Origin: Chlorokybus atmophyticus
Taxonomy: Eukaryota; Plantae; Mesostigma and Chlorokybus algae
Length of the DNA stretch: 64,000 nucleotides
Direction of reading: 5' to 3'
NCBI GenBank assembly: GCA_009103225.1
Contig: RHPI01000026.1
Coordinates: forward strand, 615,210 to 679,209
Part shown: positions 26,501 through 43,504 of the stretch, one piece after another
How positions within the stretch are numbered: position 1 is the first letter of the stretch
Layout of the letters: the number at the start of each line of letters is the position of its first letter
The notes under the pieces: model-generated
Seen by the model: the letters and a program-made list of their open reading frames with translations, nothing else
Databases searched by the model: none
What the model was told of the DNA's origin: nothing
Made by a program: the position numbers and the translations under genes

Positions 26501-26620
26501 TAATCATTTTTACCTTTTCTTGCCACTTATCGCCTAAGGTAATGTCCACACCCGATGTAGTCATAGATATTAAGAAGATTCATAATAAGCATGAATTACA
26601 GTTTTAGTATCGAAAAAGAT
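23590..26620 (-). pseudogene. Degenerate gypsy pol (protease-RT-RNase H-integrase-chromodomain)
   Basis: IFFDT protease remnant at ~26610; HIIPLIPGAKLPAIRPMYRLS..STSPFGA..VKNEYPL RT motifs. Chromodomain YYKVQAIL..E*LIKWKGYEPERNTWEP at ~23590-23760. Many stops and frameshifts. Confidence 0.88.
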
Positions 26621-27161
26621 GATTGAAACTAGGATGGGAGGTAAATGTACCTAAAAAAGTACATTTATCTCGGATTTTATGACGGGTATTGCATGCGGTG
26701 TAGACCCTTAAAAATCAACCCCTTGGAGGGTGGATAGCTTAGGTAGTTAAGTAACCGGCAGAATTATAATAATAGTTAATTAACCCTGAACCTGACCAGG
26801 AAAATTCGTTAACCAGGTAATGGTGCATGGGTTGCGCATTGCACAAGTTGTGCAGGCTGCGTGTGCTGCAAAACTTGCTGTTGTGGTAAGAACTTCTTGT
26901 AGTAGCGAGAGGATCATCATGTCAACTTGTTATCACAGCATCGCACTTGATAAGAATGTGACTTGATTGTGTACATGCATACCACAACCAACCACTTGGC
27001 AACTATCAAGTACTATAGTACACATTGTGCTTGCCAACCGACTATAAAGTTTCTACTTGCGGATAAACTTGGTCAGGCCAGCAACATCAAGCCGCTCTAC
27101 TCCTCACCTACAGAGTGAAGCACACATGTCAACGCACGCATGCATATGCAAGCAAACTTAG

Positions 27162-27569
27162 TCACACACACTTACATGCTGGTCCGGAGAGACCTGCGTT
27201 TGCGCTTTGGGCCAACATCAATGCCCATGATATTCTGTAAGTATGAAAGCGCTTGAAGCATGGGGTCTTACACAAGTGCACGTTGCAATGCTGACACCAG
27301 TAGTAGGTCTTTTTGCCTCTTGCGGGCCGCTCGCCTGGCAGAGAGGTACTGTTGCGTGCATCTGCTGAACACACCAGGCACCATCGCTGCTTAGATGATG
27401 GGTGCTTGTCGGGAAAATGACCACCCCTAAACCTCCCTTGCGGATCCTTGAATGCCGCTTGCTGCCTGTTTGAAACCAACGCATGGTGAGAGAATGAGAG
27501 GGGAAGCAACACGCAGATTTATGCACAAGGACAACAATAGCAGGATAACACAGCTGCACACAAACGCTG

Positions 27570-27601
<32 letters not shown>

Positions 27602-29873
27602 AGACGACCACAACAACAACAGCAGGATAACAAAGCTGCACACAACCGCTGGACAACAACAACAAAAAAGACGACCACCACAACAACAGCAGGACAACAC
27701 AGCTGCACACAAACGCTGGACAACAACAACAGCAAAGACGACGACAACAACAACAGCACAGCTGCGCACAGACATTACCTCAATGGCACATCGCCAATAG
27801 GTCTTGAGTCAAGCGTGTTATGCACCAGCTGCTCTTGCAGCTCAAGCACGAACTCCATGCACGTATAGGTGGGGTTGGCATGTGCGAAACACACCCACAT
27901 GTTAGCCACTGCACTATCAAACAGACCCCACCAAGCACGGTGCCACCATTTGACAGAAATGGACTGTTCTGTATTGAGTAGTTGGTCTTTAAACAGTACT
28001 TATCGTATTGGTCGACAGCGTCCTTGTGTAGATTGTAAACAACAGCATAGTCGGGAGCGGGGACATCAGCTTCTCTACCATCAGATTGCATACGAGACAC
28101 ATTGCCGTGTGACTCACCATGACATGTGGAAAGAAAGAAGACTGGCTTCTTGTCCTTCCAGCACACTGCAATGAGGCCATCGTGGGGGGCAATAGCAAAC
28201 CTATGTTCACCTTGTTCGGCACGGGTATCCAAAGTGATCAAGTGTGAGGGGTACCCAACTCGATTAGCTACTATAGTACCCGTACCGCTATGCCCTTGCA
28301 TTCGCAGCCACATTAGTAGTTTAGGTGAGGTGAAGCCACGATCAAGTATAAAGTGGTGATGAACATAAGGCATGGTAATGACTAGTTGTTGTACAACATA
28401 AGTGTGAAGCTCTAAACGCGGGCACTTATCATACACGATAAAATCATAGCAGTAGTAGGTGTCAGAGTCGCAAGCTTGGAAAATCTCAATGCTAAACTTA
28501 TAAGGCTTGCTGTGATTATATATGCGGATGGGACACATTTTGTTACGTATGGGAATAGTGCGTTCATCAATAGTAACATTCCTACCAGGCTTATAATACT
28601 GCTTGAAAGTATCGCGAAGTGTGTTGATGATGGCTAATATATGCCATAGCTTATAGTCACTAGTAGTACGACCACTTGGCCGTTGGCTATTATCATTCAA
28701 ATGAAAATAGCATTTGATTTGTTGATAGCGTGTGATACTCATAAACCTCCAAAAGTCAGGAATTATAACTGCCCCCATTAGACCAGTGCGCCAACATGAA
28801 TGCATGTCATTCAATGTGTGGCACGCCATGGCAAGTGTCAAGCCAACCTAACGCAAAAGCTCTTGATGTGTTACTGGCAACCACTGACGCCCACCATCTG
28901 GATCAGAAGGACGCTGTTCAGTGGCGTAGAGGTTTGTTTGAACAATGGCATGATTCCAAAAGGTGAGTGAATTGAAAAGGAGCAGCAACTGCAGTGGATT
29001 CTTGGATGGGAGGTCTTGTATTGCTGGGCCAACATGACCAACAAATCTTTCAGGCTCAAGCCATGACATGACATCATGTTCTCCACCACGCCAACGCACG
29101 GCGCGAGGATCAATGTCACCATGCACACCGTCACTTGAATCTGCAATGTACATATAAACCCTTGTGTTGACAACTTGTACAACACCCTGTAAGGACATAC
29201 AAGCATGCACACGCACACGCATACCTTGCAGTAGATCCTCCTCATCAGAACTTGACCCCGACACACCAGAAACTTCATCCTCAGACTCGAGGGGTTGGCG
29301 AATAGAAGTCCGCACCCTTGCGCGTATACGTCCGCCACCCCTGCCAGGAGGACGACCGGGTCCTCGCTGGCTGATGCCACGTCCTCTACTGCCTCTTCCC
29401 CTCCCTCTCCGTCTCCCTCTCCCTCTCCCTCCACCTCCCAACTCTGCTTGCCCTCTATCCTCCTCACTGCCGTCGTCTTCACCGCTCTCTACACTCTCAT
29501 CCATTGCAGGAGGTGTCTCCTCCATAAGCTCCTTCTCATTGTGAACTGCTCCTCCCTCTCCATGCGCCAGCGGCAGCAGATACTCCTCAACTACTGCTGC
29601 ACCTAGTATAGTAACTAAGCTATCATAGTCAAAACTACACTCCCACTTATCCCTCTCCTCTCTTACTCCCTCCTTGAACCCCACCACCGCACCATCCAAC
29701 AGAGTCGACTGCCAAGCAGCCCGAAACTCTGCTTTCGCCCATGCCACAGACCAATATGTGGCTGGGACTTTGAGTTTGCGGCCTACCCAACCTCTAGCAC
29801 CCAGCCCCTCCCCAACCTCCCTCGGCGCCGCCGTCGCGCCCCTCGCCACACCCCTCGCCGTTTCCCTCGCCAT
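27162..29873 (-). pseudogene. piggyBac transposase pseudogene with introns, C-terminal Cys-rich domain and a long N-terminal extension
   Basis: Catalytic motifs VTIDE, ILDRGF and AVDQYD; CRD RWCLVC..YWCQHCNVHLCKTPCFKRFH. Nonsense codon at 28848-28850 (ELLR*VGL) and a frameshift near 27975. Introns at ~29135-29222 and ~27470-27778. Confidence 0.9.
27520..27775. repeat. CAA-rich minisatellite (~60-80-bp units) inside a piggyBac intron
   Basis: About 4 imperfect copies of caggataacacagctgcacacaaacgctggacaacaacaac..aagacgac. Confidence 0.8.
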
Positions 29874-30845
29874 CACCGCTGCGCTGCTAGCAGAGGCGGC
29901 CGCCAGGCCTTGTGTTTTCGCCAACTTACCTGCCAAAACACACCTCAAAGTCACAACTTAGTTCGATAGGTACAGCAGCAAAAAGAGCCCTAAAAGTCAC
30001 AACATCTGGGGCGTTTTGTGCAGCTTGACGGCTACTTTAAAAATATATAACTTTTAGCACAATGGGCTAAGAATTATAAAACTACTTTTACGACGTGCTG
30101 CTTAAAAATTGCAACAACTTGATATAGGCTGTGCTATCTACTTCAGCTTGGTTAAACTAATAGATTGTGGCCAAACAGAGGCGATTTTCTCTACCCTTTT
30201 AAGTACAAGTACTTTTTTAGTACAGTTCCCAACCTAGTGTTAAGAAGTCGTCAACTGTTATTTCTCAATAACCCATATTTGGCGATTGCCTCCAAGTTGC
30301 CTGTTGAGATATGAGTCTGTTGCTCGGGAGTTACGTCCAGTCTTTCGGGGCCCTTCTTACGTTGGGGCCTTTTCGTTGCCATGGCCATTAATGGGATAGC
30401 CGGCTTCGACTTCTCATCTTCGGATTTACTTTAGGAAGACTCTTCTAAAGTATCCGCCCGATTAACCGTTAAAGTCGGTTTTGATCATGGCGGTATCACT
30501 TTTGGGTTCGCAGGTACTTCATCATCCGAAGAGTCTTCAGAGTTTGAAGAATCTTGATTCACCGTGTGGTCGAGGGTAGCTACTCCCCAATACGGTTGCT
30601 CATCCTTGAATTTAGACGAAGTCCGACCCGAAACATATCCCCAACTAAATATCCGCTCCCTTGCGTGAAGCCTATAGTTGTGGAGGGGACTCCTTTCGCG
30701 AGTATGCCGCTAGGGTACCTATCGGGCTTACCCCACTTGATATCCGTTTCGGCTTTTGCGTTAGCTATATTTAAGGCCAACTTTGTATTTGTGGAAGCGT
30801 AAAAGGATGTTAAGCCTTTAAATCAAATCTGTGCTCCGAGTCCAA

Positions 30846-34544
<3,699 letters not shown>

Positions 34545-35599
34545 ATATGAGCCCTAATTACTGTGAGTTGCCATTGGAAGTGGCAGTTGCAAGATAGTGA
34601 GCCAAGTTGGCAAACCACAAGTTGTGTATTATGCTGGTGCCGTTTGCCATGGATGTTACAGGTTTAAGGCAAATGGTGCATGTGGGCAACCCGTAAGTAC
34701 GTGTGTACTAGGGGAAGCTCTGGAGCTTAACTTCAAAGTCCTGAGGCATAACTGCTATCTCCTGCATAAACCCGAGGTTGTTGATACTCCCGAGGTAGAG
34801 TTTGTTGTAACATCTATATTAAGTTTGTTGGTTCTCATGTTACAACAAAGTCAGCGCGCAATGATGGCACACAATAACCAAGACCCAGGTGGCCTTGAAT
34901 ATTATGTGCCAGGTCGGGAGAGCAGCATGTGGTATAAAAGGCTAGGTTGCATCCTTGAGTTGGGACCGAGACAACACTGTGTGTTTGCCTTACACAAGGG
35001 CCACTTGTGCGTGGGGTGCGCAATTGTTATTTATTGAACAGGTCCCTCATTCCCCGAAGGGGCTCCCCCTCATCCTTTATGGGGTGGGGTGTTGTGTTAC
35101 ATTAGGTGTGTTGTAACGTGTGTGTGCCTGGGGCTGGAGCTGAAGAGTGAGGTCCGTGGTCATCCTCTCCTCCCTTAATGCTAAGCGGCTATTTCCCCTG
35201 TAAGGCCGCCTCGCAGGAGAACCCGAGGTGCTGCACAGATGGCATAAAGGGACTTCCTTATAAAGTCTTTGATGCTTGTGGTTAATTTTGCCGAGCCCAC
35301 CTACGGGTAAGTGGATGGTATTGTTACATTTCTTCTTCTCCTTTTCTTCGCTCACCTCTGCTTATCAATTTCCTCTCTTCTCCTGTTCTTTCTTCATAGC
35401 TACCACTTGCAAGCTTGCTAACTGTTTGTTTACCGTGTCTATTAGATCAGCATGTACTGTTGAATTCTTGCACTTGTTCTTTGATATTGTTACGCCATAT
35501 TGGGTCCGCAAGATGGTAACATATCACCACATCTCAATGGTAAAAGGGAGGTGATCATAAATTCGCCAACTACAAGACTACAAATGCCCTCATGCTACT

Positions 35600-36473
35600 G
35601 GTTGTGGTGCCATTGTGAGTGTATCAGGATTACTCGCAATTTCATTGCACAAGTGTATAAATGATGTAAGCCAATTGACTTGCAAGCACTTTTTGTCAAC
35701 AACCAACCACCTCTTATCAGCTAATTAATTGCAATAGTCTGCTATATCTGTACACACATGCCAAGCAGTGTTTGTAACCACCAACGGTAGCATGTATTAC
35801 TGCATGTCCGTATGCCAACAACAGTTGCATGTGAAAGCGCACAGGCTGCTGATTATGTGCATATGACATCTTAGCCATGTGCCTTTGTGCATTGCATAAT
35901 ATGTTGACAACAATCACTTTAGACTTCCTTTTTACATCGCAGACCGCTACACAGTCAAATACGATATAATTAAAGTCCAACCACACATATTGTCTATTTT
36001 TACCTATCGCCCGGCTGCCTACCCGGTACTCGATGCTAAATTGCAACTATTTGGTTTTATGCACGCCGCGGCAACAACCCGCCGTGACATCAAGGCACAT
36101 ATAGTACAATAAAACTGGCCTTTCAACCCCATTTGCTACACTTATACGCACAGAGACACACATGTAGACACTCCTAACAGCGGGTGTAGACGGGGCAGCC
36201 GCCCGCCGGACAATGTAATGGACAGCTCACTGGCTTGGTGAGTGCAGTTGAGTTGGCAGTCTGTCGACGCACATAAAGAGGATGTTTCACCCAACATCTA
36301 GAAAGAGTGAGTGAGAGACACGTGCAACACTTACATCAATGCCTGCGGGTGATGGACACGCCGTCCCGCCGCCCGCTACATCATTCTACAATCAGAGCAT
36401 AACAGTCAGAGAGCGAACTTGCAACTGCCAGGCATTAGCAAACCTTTCAGCATGTTGTGAAACGCATGACAAT

Positions 36474-36505
<32 letters not shown>

Positions 36506-39500
36506 CGAAGTGTACTCACCCCGCCGGGATAAAAGTCCCCGATTTCCGCTACATTGCGGTTGGGTCCCTTCCCAAACGTGCAATAGTTAAAAGCTGAGCG
36601 GCCGTGAAAGTACGTATTGACACCGCCGCCCACACCGCCAGCGCTGCCAGGCAGGCCAATGCAGCCGTGTATCACAGCCCTGAAGTTGCAAAAGTGTGTG
36701 TGCGCGCGCGCGTGCGTGCGTGCATGTGCGTACAGGTGTGCATGTGCGTGCGCGTGTTTGCGAGTCTCACTGGGTGTCCAATTGCTGAGCGGTTACTGTT
36801 GGCTTACTTGTTGCGGAAGAAAGAACATCTGTTGAAGCGTGCAAAGGCGCCGTATCGGTTAAAGTCACCAACATAAACACCAGCGCCGCTCTAGGTGCAA
36901 TGCAATTCCGTATTTGTAAAGTCACCAACACTAAGCTTCCAGCAAATACAACATACACAGCAGCGTGCGCGCATGTGCATGTGTGCGTGTGTGGAAGTAT
37001 TTGCCAAATGACGCCATCCCATGCCATGCACAGCTTGCAACACACTTACATACGCAACATTGTCCTGGAACGTGACATCAGTAGCGAATAAGTTGCCTAT
37101 GGAGACGTACACAGCACCACCGTAGAAGCTATTCTGTCGCACACACAAACACACGCACATTAGTCAGTAACACGGGCGCACAAGCGTAGCAGAAGCCTTG
37201 TCATGTCATGCACGAGTGCACACAGAAACCACTTACGCATATCCCGCCAGTGTTGGTGTTGGCTCCCTGTAAGACAAGGTTTGACAGCGAGAGCGAGCCG
37301 CCCGTCTGGACAATAATGTTGCCCTGTTGGTTGCCGTCGAGAGTCTTCCTCGCACCGCACCCGCGTATGAGCACGCTGCGCGTGACTTTGAGAGGGCAAC
37401 ATGTTGGGCAAGGCAAACCGTCGCATGACTTGTCGACACAACATTTGGGCCAGGTGATGTCTTGAGCAACATTCACCACACGGTGACGGCAGCCAGCTGG
37501 CGGAGGTGTTTCTACTGCATGCTTGAGTTCTTTAAAGGTCCTCACCACAACTGCAAGGTCAAGGATTGTCACACTTGTTGTGTGATTTTGTGTGTGTGTG
37601 TGTGTGTGTTGGTGTGAGAGCGTTGGGTGGATGTGGCGATGTACACCTACCTCCGCAACCTGCCGTAGTTGCACGCCAAGTAGAGATGCGATGGTTGTTT
37701 GCACACAGACGACATGCGTGAGTTGTCATTCACCATGACAACTAGTGAGCGTGCGTGTGCGTGTGCGTGTATGTGTCCTCATACTTTGTGTTGTTGGCTG
37801 GCATGCGGATGGACCGCAGATGGTTGCCGGGTCGACGTGTCCACCGATGGTACTCCACGCAACAAAGTTTTCTGCTGTTATGCTGAAGTTTCTGCTGTTG
37901 GACTGCAGGCTTCCAGCAAACGTCACTGCCAGGAGTAGAATGCGGTTATGATATGCTTCCAACCAAACCAGCTTAGACTTGTGTGCAACACACATGGCAA
38001 CCAGCTGCTCACCAGTAAATGTAGCCTTCAAGCCGTTAGCGGGGAAACCAAAGTTCCATTGGAACAAGTAGGAGGAGCCTATCTTGACAATTTGCACAGG
38101 CGGATTGCTGCTTGCAAGGCCTGCACACATACGCACTGGTATTAGCCATTTGCTCTTCGTATGCTGTTAGCCATTTGCTCTTTATATGCTTTCAAACACA
38201 CACAAGAAAACTTTCATAGACAGACACATATATGCTCACATGCACGCACGCACAACAACTTGTACACACACGCACACGCACACGCACATACCCTTTGGTC
38301 CCCACTCAGGCAAGCGTCCATTGGCCAAGCAGTCTGGGATTGAGATGGCGAAGCTGGTCAGGCGCGTGGGAAACTGCGTGGTCTTGCGCGTGACAGTGTA
38401 AGCAAAAGTGGTCTTGCCGCCAGTCTGAGTCACTTGAGACTGGATTGTGTAGGCACTGGTTGTCACCTTAGAGCTGCAGACTGCAAATTAATACTAATAT
38501 TTGGTGCAGTGTAAAACCGAGTACGAAGGTTTGTATGCACATGTCCGCAATGCGTGTGTGCACGCACGCGTGTGCCATGCCGGCTTCTGTGGTGTTTTTT
38601 TTGCGTTCACACAAGCATTACATGATGATTGCATTACAGCAGAATAAGGTGATTGTACTGTAATAGTACTGTAAGCCTACCCCCGCTTGCTGGCGCAGTT
38701 GCATGCCGAGCAGAGATGCTGACGTCACCTGCGCTGCATGTGGTTGCGATGGCCGGCAGCAATATCAACGCCAAGCCTGGTGCACTTGCCATGTTGGAGC
38801 TGCATGTTGGAGATATGCCATCAGTAATCAGTGACTTCACACATTGCAATGCTACCATAAACGATCCCAACTTCAAGTCGTGTGCATGCAGAAGGACAGC
38901 TGGCAACGATCTGAGTGTAAGACGCTTGCATGCAGTAGAATTCGTTTGGCCCAAACAGCAATAAATTAAGCAGGCTGCAAGCATGCACGCAATCACATGC
39001 GTGCTTGCTTGCTAGCGCATTGACAGCAGTGCAGGCAGCCTGCCAGTCAAATCACAGCACGTCGTACTCAAAACCATTTGAGTACAGGCAAGGAAATCAA
39101 CCGTCGTTGTCAACCACGACCAAAGCAAGCCAACACAACATACACAGCTGAACTCAGCCACCACAGCAAGGCGGTCAGTCAGCAGCAAGCAAGCAAGCAG
39201 GTAGGCAGGCAGCGCAACTGACCACACAATTGGTCAGTGCAGTCCACACACAGCAGCGACATAATTGTAGTTATAGTTATAAGGAGCTGAAGTAAGCATC
39301 ATTCAGTAAGCATGCAAGCAAGCAAGCAAGCAGTGGCGCACGTACAAGTGTGCACATAGCTTCAAGCTGATCATCTGCGAATTACCACTGGTGCTTCGCC
39401 GCCGCAGCAGCAAGCAAACACCTGTGAACACGACAACTACATCGCAAAATCGCAGGCACTGTGTTGTTTGAGCTGCAAGCTTTGGCTGCAGCAGCACAGC

Positions 39501-39705
39501 GCGTGCTGCTCCACTGCACTCGGTTGAACCTGCTTACACTAGCGCACAACTCGCAACGTTTAACCGTGTTGTTGCGGCATTTGCCGTGAGACGGATTGAC
39601 TGATATTGGTTTAACCTGATAGCGTGCTTGGCAAGCGGCTGCGCAGCTGCATGCTGAGCAGTGCTTGCGTGTCTGCTGCCTGACAGGAGCATCTGTCAGC
39701 ACGGT
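35600..39705. repeat. Copy 2 of the ~4.1-kb segmental duplication; boundaries approximate
   Basis: Collinear with 16580-20677 in the same orientation. Confidence 0.9.
36174..38792 (-). CDS. Secreted Cys-rich parallel beta-helix protein, paralog 2
   Basis: Same exon series as paralog 1 (MASAPGLALILLPAIATTCSA; VRTFKELKHAVETPPPAGC; YGGAVYVSIGNLFATDVTFQDNVAY; ends CPAGGCPVYTRC*). Exons checked are open. Confidence 0.75.
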
Positions 39706-41290
39706 AATGCGGCTAGCAAAGAGTGATTCGTTCTGTTTTGGCCAAAATGCCTTGCAAGAGTTAGGGGTAAGGATGGCAGTTTTTTGATTGGAGGTGATGA
39801 ATAGCTGAAATTCATCCACTTGTACCATGAAAGGTACAACTTGATTGAAGATAAAGGAAACGAAATCCGTTCTTGTTGCAAGGTGAGAACGCACGGTAAA
39901 AAAGGGTGGTTGAATATTTGGTTGTAGCCAAACCTGATGATTGACAATTGCTTTGCTAAAAACATGAACTTCAATATCTCGCAAATATCGTGTGTACGCG
40001 CGTGCGTACGTGTATGTGTGTGAGCAGAGTAACAAAGGTTACATTGTCATTGACAAGACATATGAAAATACATCATATATAGGACGGGGCATATATGAGA
40101 CATGTGGCTCCTCCAATAATTATGGCAGCAAAAGTTGCTGTCATAATTATCTGGGGCGCCGTATTACAGTGGGGTTTCAAGCTGCTGCTCTCATGTGCGC
40201 TCCATGAGGAAAAACTGTAGGCGGCCGTGAAAACAACCCACGATACTTGGCAATTCAATTGTTGCAAGCGTAACGCGGGCTCGAAACCCGTTGAAGTGAC
40301 GAAACTCAAAACACGACCACTGGAGCGGTCGCAGGTTGCTCGATAAGGCTGTCGACGTGCGACCGCAGCAAGTTGCTTTGCTGGTCGCGGCAAGCTCGAC
40401 ATGTAACATGGGCAAGTCGCAAGGCAACGACTTGCTACGTAATGAGGTGGAAGGCCTGTCGTATAATTTTGAGAACGTAACACATCTGGGATGGAACATA
40501 CATGGAACATGTAACTCCCCTAATGACAACGACTTTTGCTGCTATATGTGGATATAGAATCGTGTTACAGCAAGCATATCCCCCCCCCCCCTCCCCTGAG
40601 ACTACTGTAATAGTTTTCATTCGTTGTTTGAAGTCACTATTTAAACATTGTGAATGAGACCGGGAGCCCGGGAGCACGTGCAGCAAGCTAGCTCAATGGG
40701 TCAAGTATGCTGACCATTACCTAGATGACGACCTTGTGACTCTGGCCATAGAAACACGACTGGCAGCGTTCTTAGCGGAGACGACTTCTAACCGTACGCG
40801 ATGCGGTCATCAGCAAGGGTAGCGGAGCAAGTTTGATGCGCTTTGATTTCCATCNAAAGCAAGACAACCAACCAATCAATGGATACATTCACCCCACACT
40901 TTGTTAAACAACCATGCTACAATTATGTGATCAATGAATTCGGAGCTATAGCAAAGTTATACATCCACCTTGAATTGTACCTTGACTACCGCCATCTCCA
41001 CACCATGCATTCATTGAGCTCACGGCCCACACTTGCAAGTATATAAGTAATATAACAACTGGGATGCGCTTCACACGGCCCAAATTTGCTGATGAGTTGC
41101 ACTGGTGTACTGTCAAAGTTTCAAGAAGATAAGGGTCGAAAGGGGCCAACCCTTAAATACAACAGCAACATACTTGTACAAACAATACGAAATACAAATA
41201 TGTGGCTGGCAACCAATGACTTGTTAACGACCTGCTGACAATCAAAGCACTGCAACACAAGACATCACCATGGCTTTCCAGCACGCGACT

Positions 41291-41383
41291 TATGTTGCCA
41301 TTAACCCTGGGCTACCAAATGACTGCAATTGTTATTGTTATGTTGCCATTAACCCTGGGCTACCAAATGACTGCAATTGTTAA
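41291..41383. repeat. 48-bp tandem duplication
   Basis: tatgttgccattaaccctgggctaccaaatgactgcaattgtta occurs at 41291 and 41339. Confidence 0.9.
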
Positions 41384-41596
41384 TGTGCTATGTCTGTACG
41401 GCTTGCCACAAACATGACAGCTGCACAACCCTGCAAAGCCACAAAATCCCTGTTACCTTTTGGTCAGTCCCTTATCAATGCAAATGCAATCCTCACATCC
41501 GCTCCATACTCAGCCACTCCAATCAATGCCCGGTAGCTCGTGCAGACAACAATGTATATACAAAGCTTTGTGCAACAACTGTAAAGCAGTAGCGCC

Positions 41597-43504
41597 TCAT
41601 ATCCACTCATCCGACCGTGACGAATCCATGTCGATGAGTATGCTCACAGCCTGCAAGACAAAGCACTGTGTTACCTACACCAACACTACAGCCAAGCGCA
41701 TACGCATCCCATGCCAAGACACATACGGCAACCAACACAGGAGGTAACTTAGAACTGCTGATGGTAGTTAACAGATGCTCACCTTGCCAATGCGAGGTTT
41801 CTGTCTGGTGGACTGCAGTGCGTTCTTCACAAAGCTGACAGCTCCCCAATCACGCAGGTACTGTGTCACTCCGTCCAGATGAGCAATGTACTCCAACTCC
41901 GACAGTGGAAATGACCGCTGCAAGGTGACGACGACACCATAAGTTCCTTTTCTGAGAAACACAGAGGCCAGACAGACCGAGCAGCCAAAACACAGACCTG
42001 CTCACGATATCTCCACATGACGTTCAATGCTAACAACTCCCGTCCCATGAACTCCTGCATGCAGGAGGGTCACGACGACACAGAGTGCTGCCACAAACCA
42101 AACGTACAAAACCTTTTCAAATGCTTGTTGCAAGAACAAGCAGTCTGCTTCTGCTTCTCGACATCGCACTATTGTGCAGACGTGACGTATGACCAGTCAG
42201 CATGTGATTGATAGCACATGTCGTGCTACCAGTGCCTAAAATAAATACATGCAAGCACGACCTAGCTAGCATTGACACTACCAGCCTGATGTGAAGTGCA
42301 GAACATGTGTGTAGCAAGTGACATAATATGCAAAACTGTACATGACTGCACCTACCTGCTTCACAAACTGCACGTCATAACCCCGCCCAAACTTTGCACG
42401 GATCAGGTGCGCCAGCTCTGCTCCCGCAAACTGATCATCTTCACCTTGCATCATGGCGTCCATTGTGGCTCGAAACTCTGCATCGGAACCCTAACCGCAT
42501 GCTAATCAGGCTGGATATTATTAAGGCAAAACACCATGTGCAAAATGATATTGCAAAGCACAGTCACAGTCTGTATGCCTATACACATGCATGCACATGC
42601 TGACAGCAGCAAGGAGACTCCTCACACCTTGTGCGAGTGCACAGGCTCCTTTGCATGCTCATCCTCGTGGTCATCTGGAAAGGCTGAGGAAGACGATGAT
42701 GCTTGAACTTGCTGCAAACGGTAATTGCAACTCTGCTGCAACCAAAAGCCACTCAGTCAGGCATGTATACTTAAAATGGCATGTATACTTTAATTGCACA
42801 ACCTATGAATCGCACGGAGCCAGCCACATCCGCACAGAGCTGCGTGGGCCATGCATCATCAACGAGAGAAGTCTTGCAGCATGGTACTAACACAAGCGTG
42901 GGCATGAAAGCAGTGCAGTAGCTTGCAACGAGCACAGTGCAGCGTAGTTAAAACGATTGCAGCCAAGAATGGCCAAGCATCTGCGCAGAGGTGCTGTTAC
43001 ACACGTCACGCTGACCTGATCTCTGCCGGCAGCCCCCATTCTCCTCAAAGGCAACACAGCCCTGCTGACTCGTAAGCCGGCTGTTGACCTGCAGCTAACA
43101 CGTACGGCAGACAAGGCAGAAGCCGAGGCCGAGGTGGAAGAGGAGGCGGAGGGCGAAACCCTGATTCCACTACTGAGCCCAGCCCTTGCAAACGCAAGCC
43201 CCTCCATACCACCGACCACTGACGCCGCCATCCCAACGTGCCCTCGCACAACTCCTACCTTAACCACCCCGTCCTCACGACGCTTCGCCGAAGGACCACC
43301 TCGCCACAGCCACCACCGCCGCCGCCGCCGCCGCTGCTGCTCTACCGTTGCACTATACTGCACCGTGCTGCATCGTGTTGACGGTTCGATGGGTGTAAGC
43401 GTGGCGGAAATGGGAGATTGTTGGTGGGGAGGGCGGCCATCCGACGGCTGACAGGGCGCTGGCGTGGCTGCCACCCGTGCGCGCGTGGCAGCGGCGGGGG
43501 ACAT
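41597..43504 (-). CDS. DUF3067-family protein with N-terminal plastid-targeting-like extension, multi-exon
   Basis: GAELAHLIRAKFGRGYDVQF|EFMGRELLALNVMWRYREQ|RSFPLSELEY..WGAVSFVKNAL..KPRIGK|AVSILIDMD matches the cyanobacterial/plant DUF3067 pattern. Ser/Ala/Arg-rich N-terminus. Confidence 0.85.

Larger units (their letters stand above)
26627..30239 (-). mobile_element. piggyBac DNA transposon inserted in the gypsy element just before its protease
   Basis: Imperfect TIRs: left AACTAGGATGGGAG..TGTACCTAAAAAAGTAC; right (reverse complement) CACTAGGTTGGGAAC-TGTACTAAAAAAGTAC. TTAA at 30240-30243 and TTGA at 26623-26626. Encodes a PGBD transposase. Confidence 0.88.
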
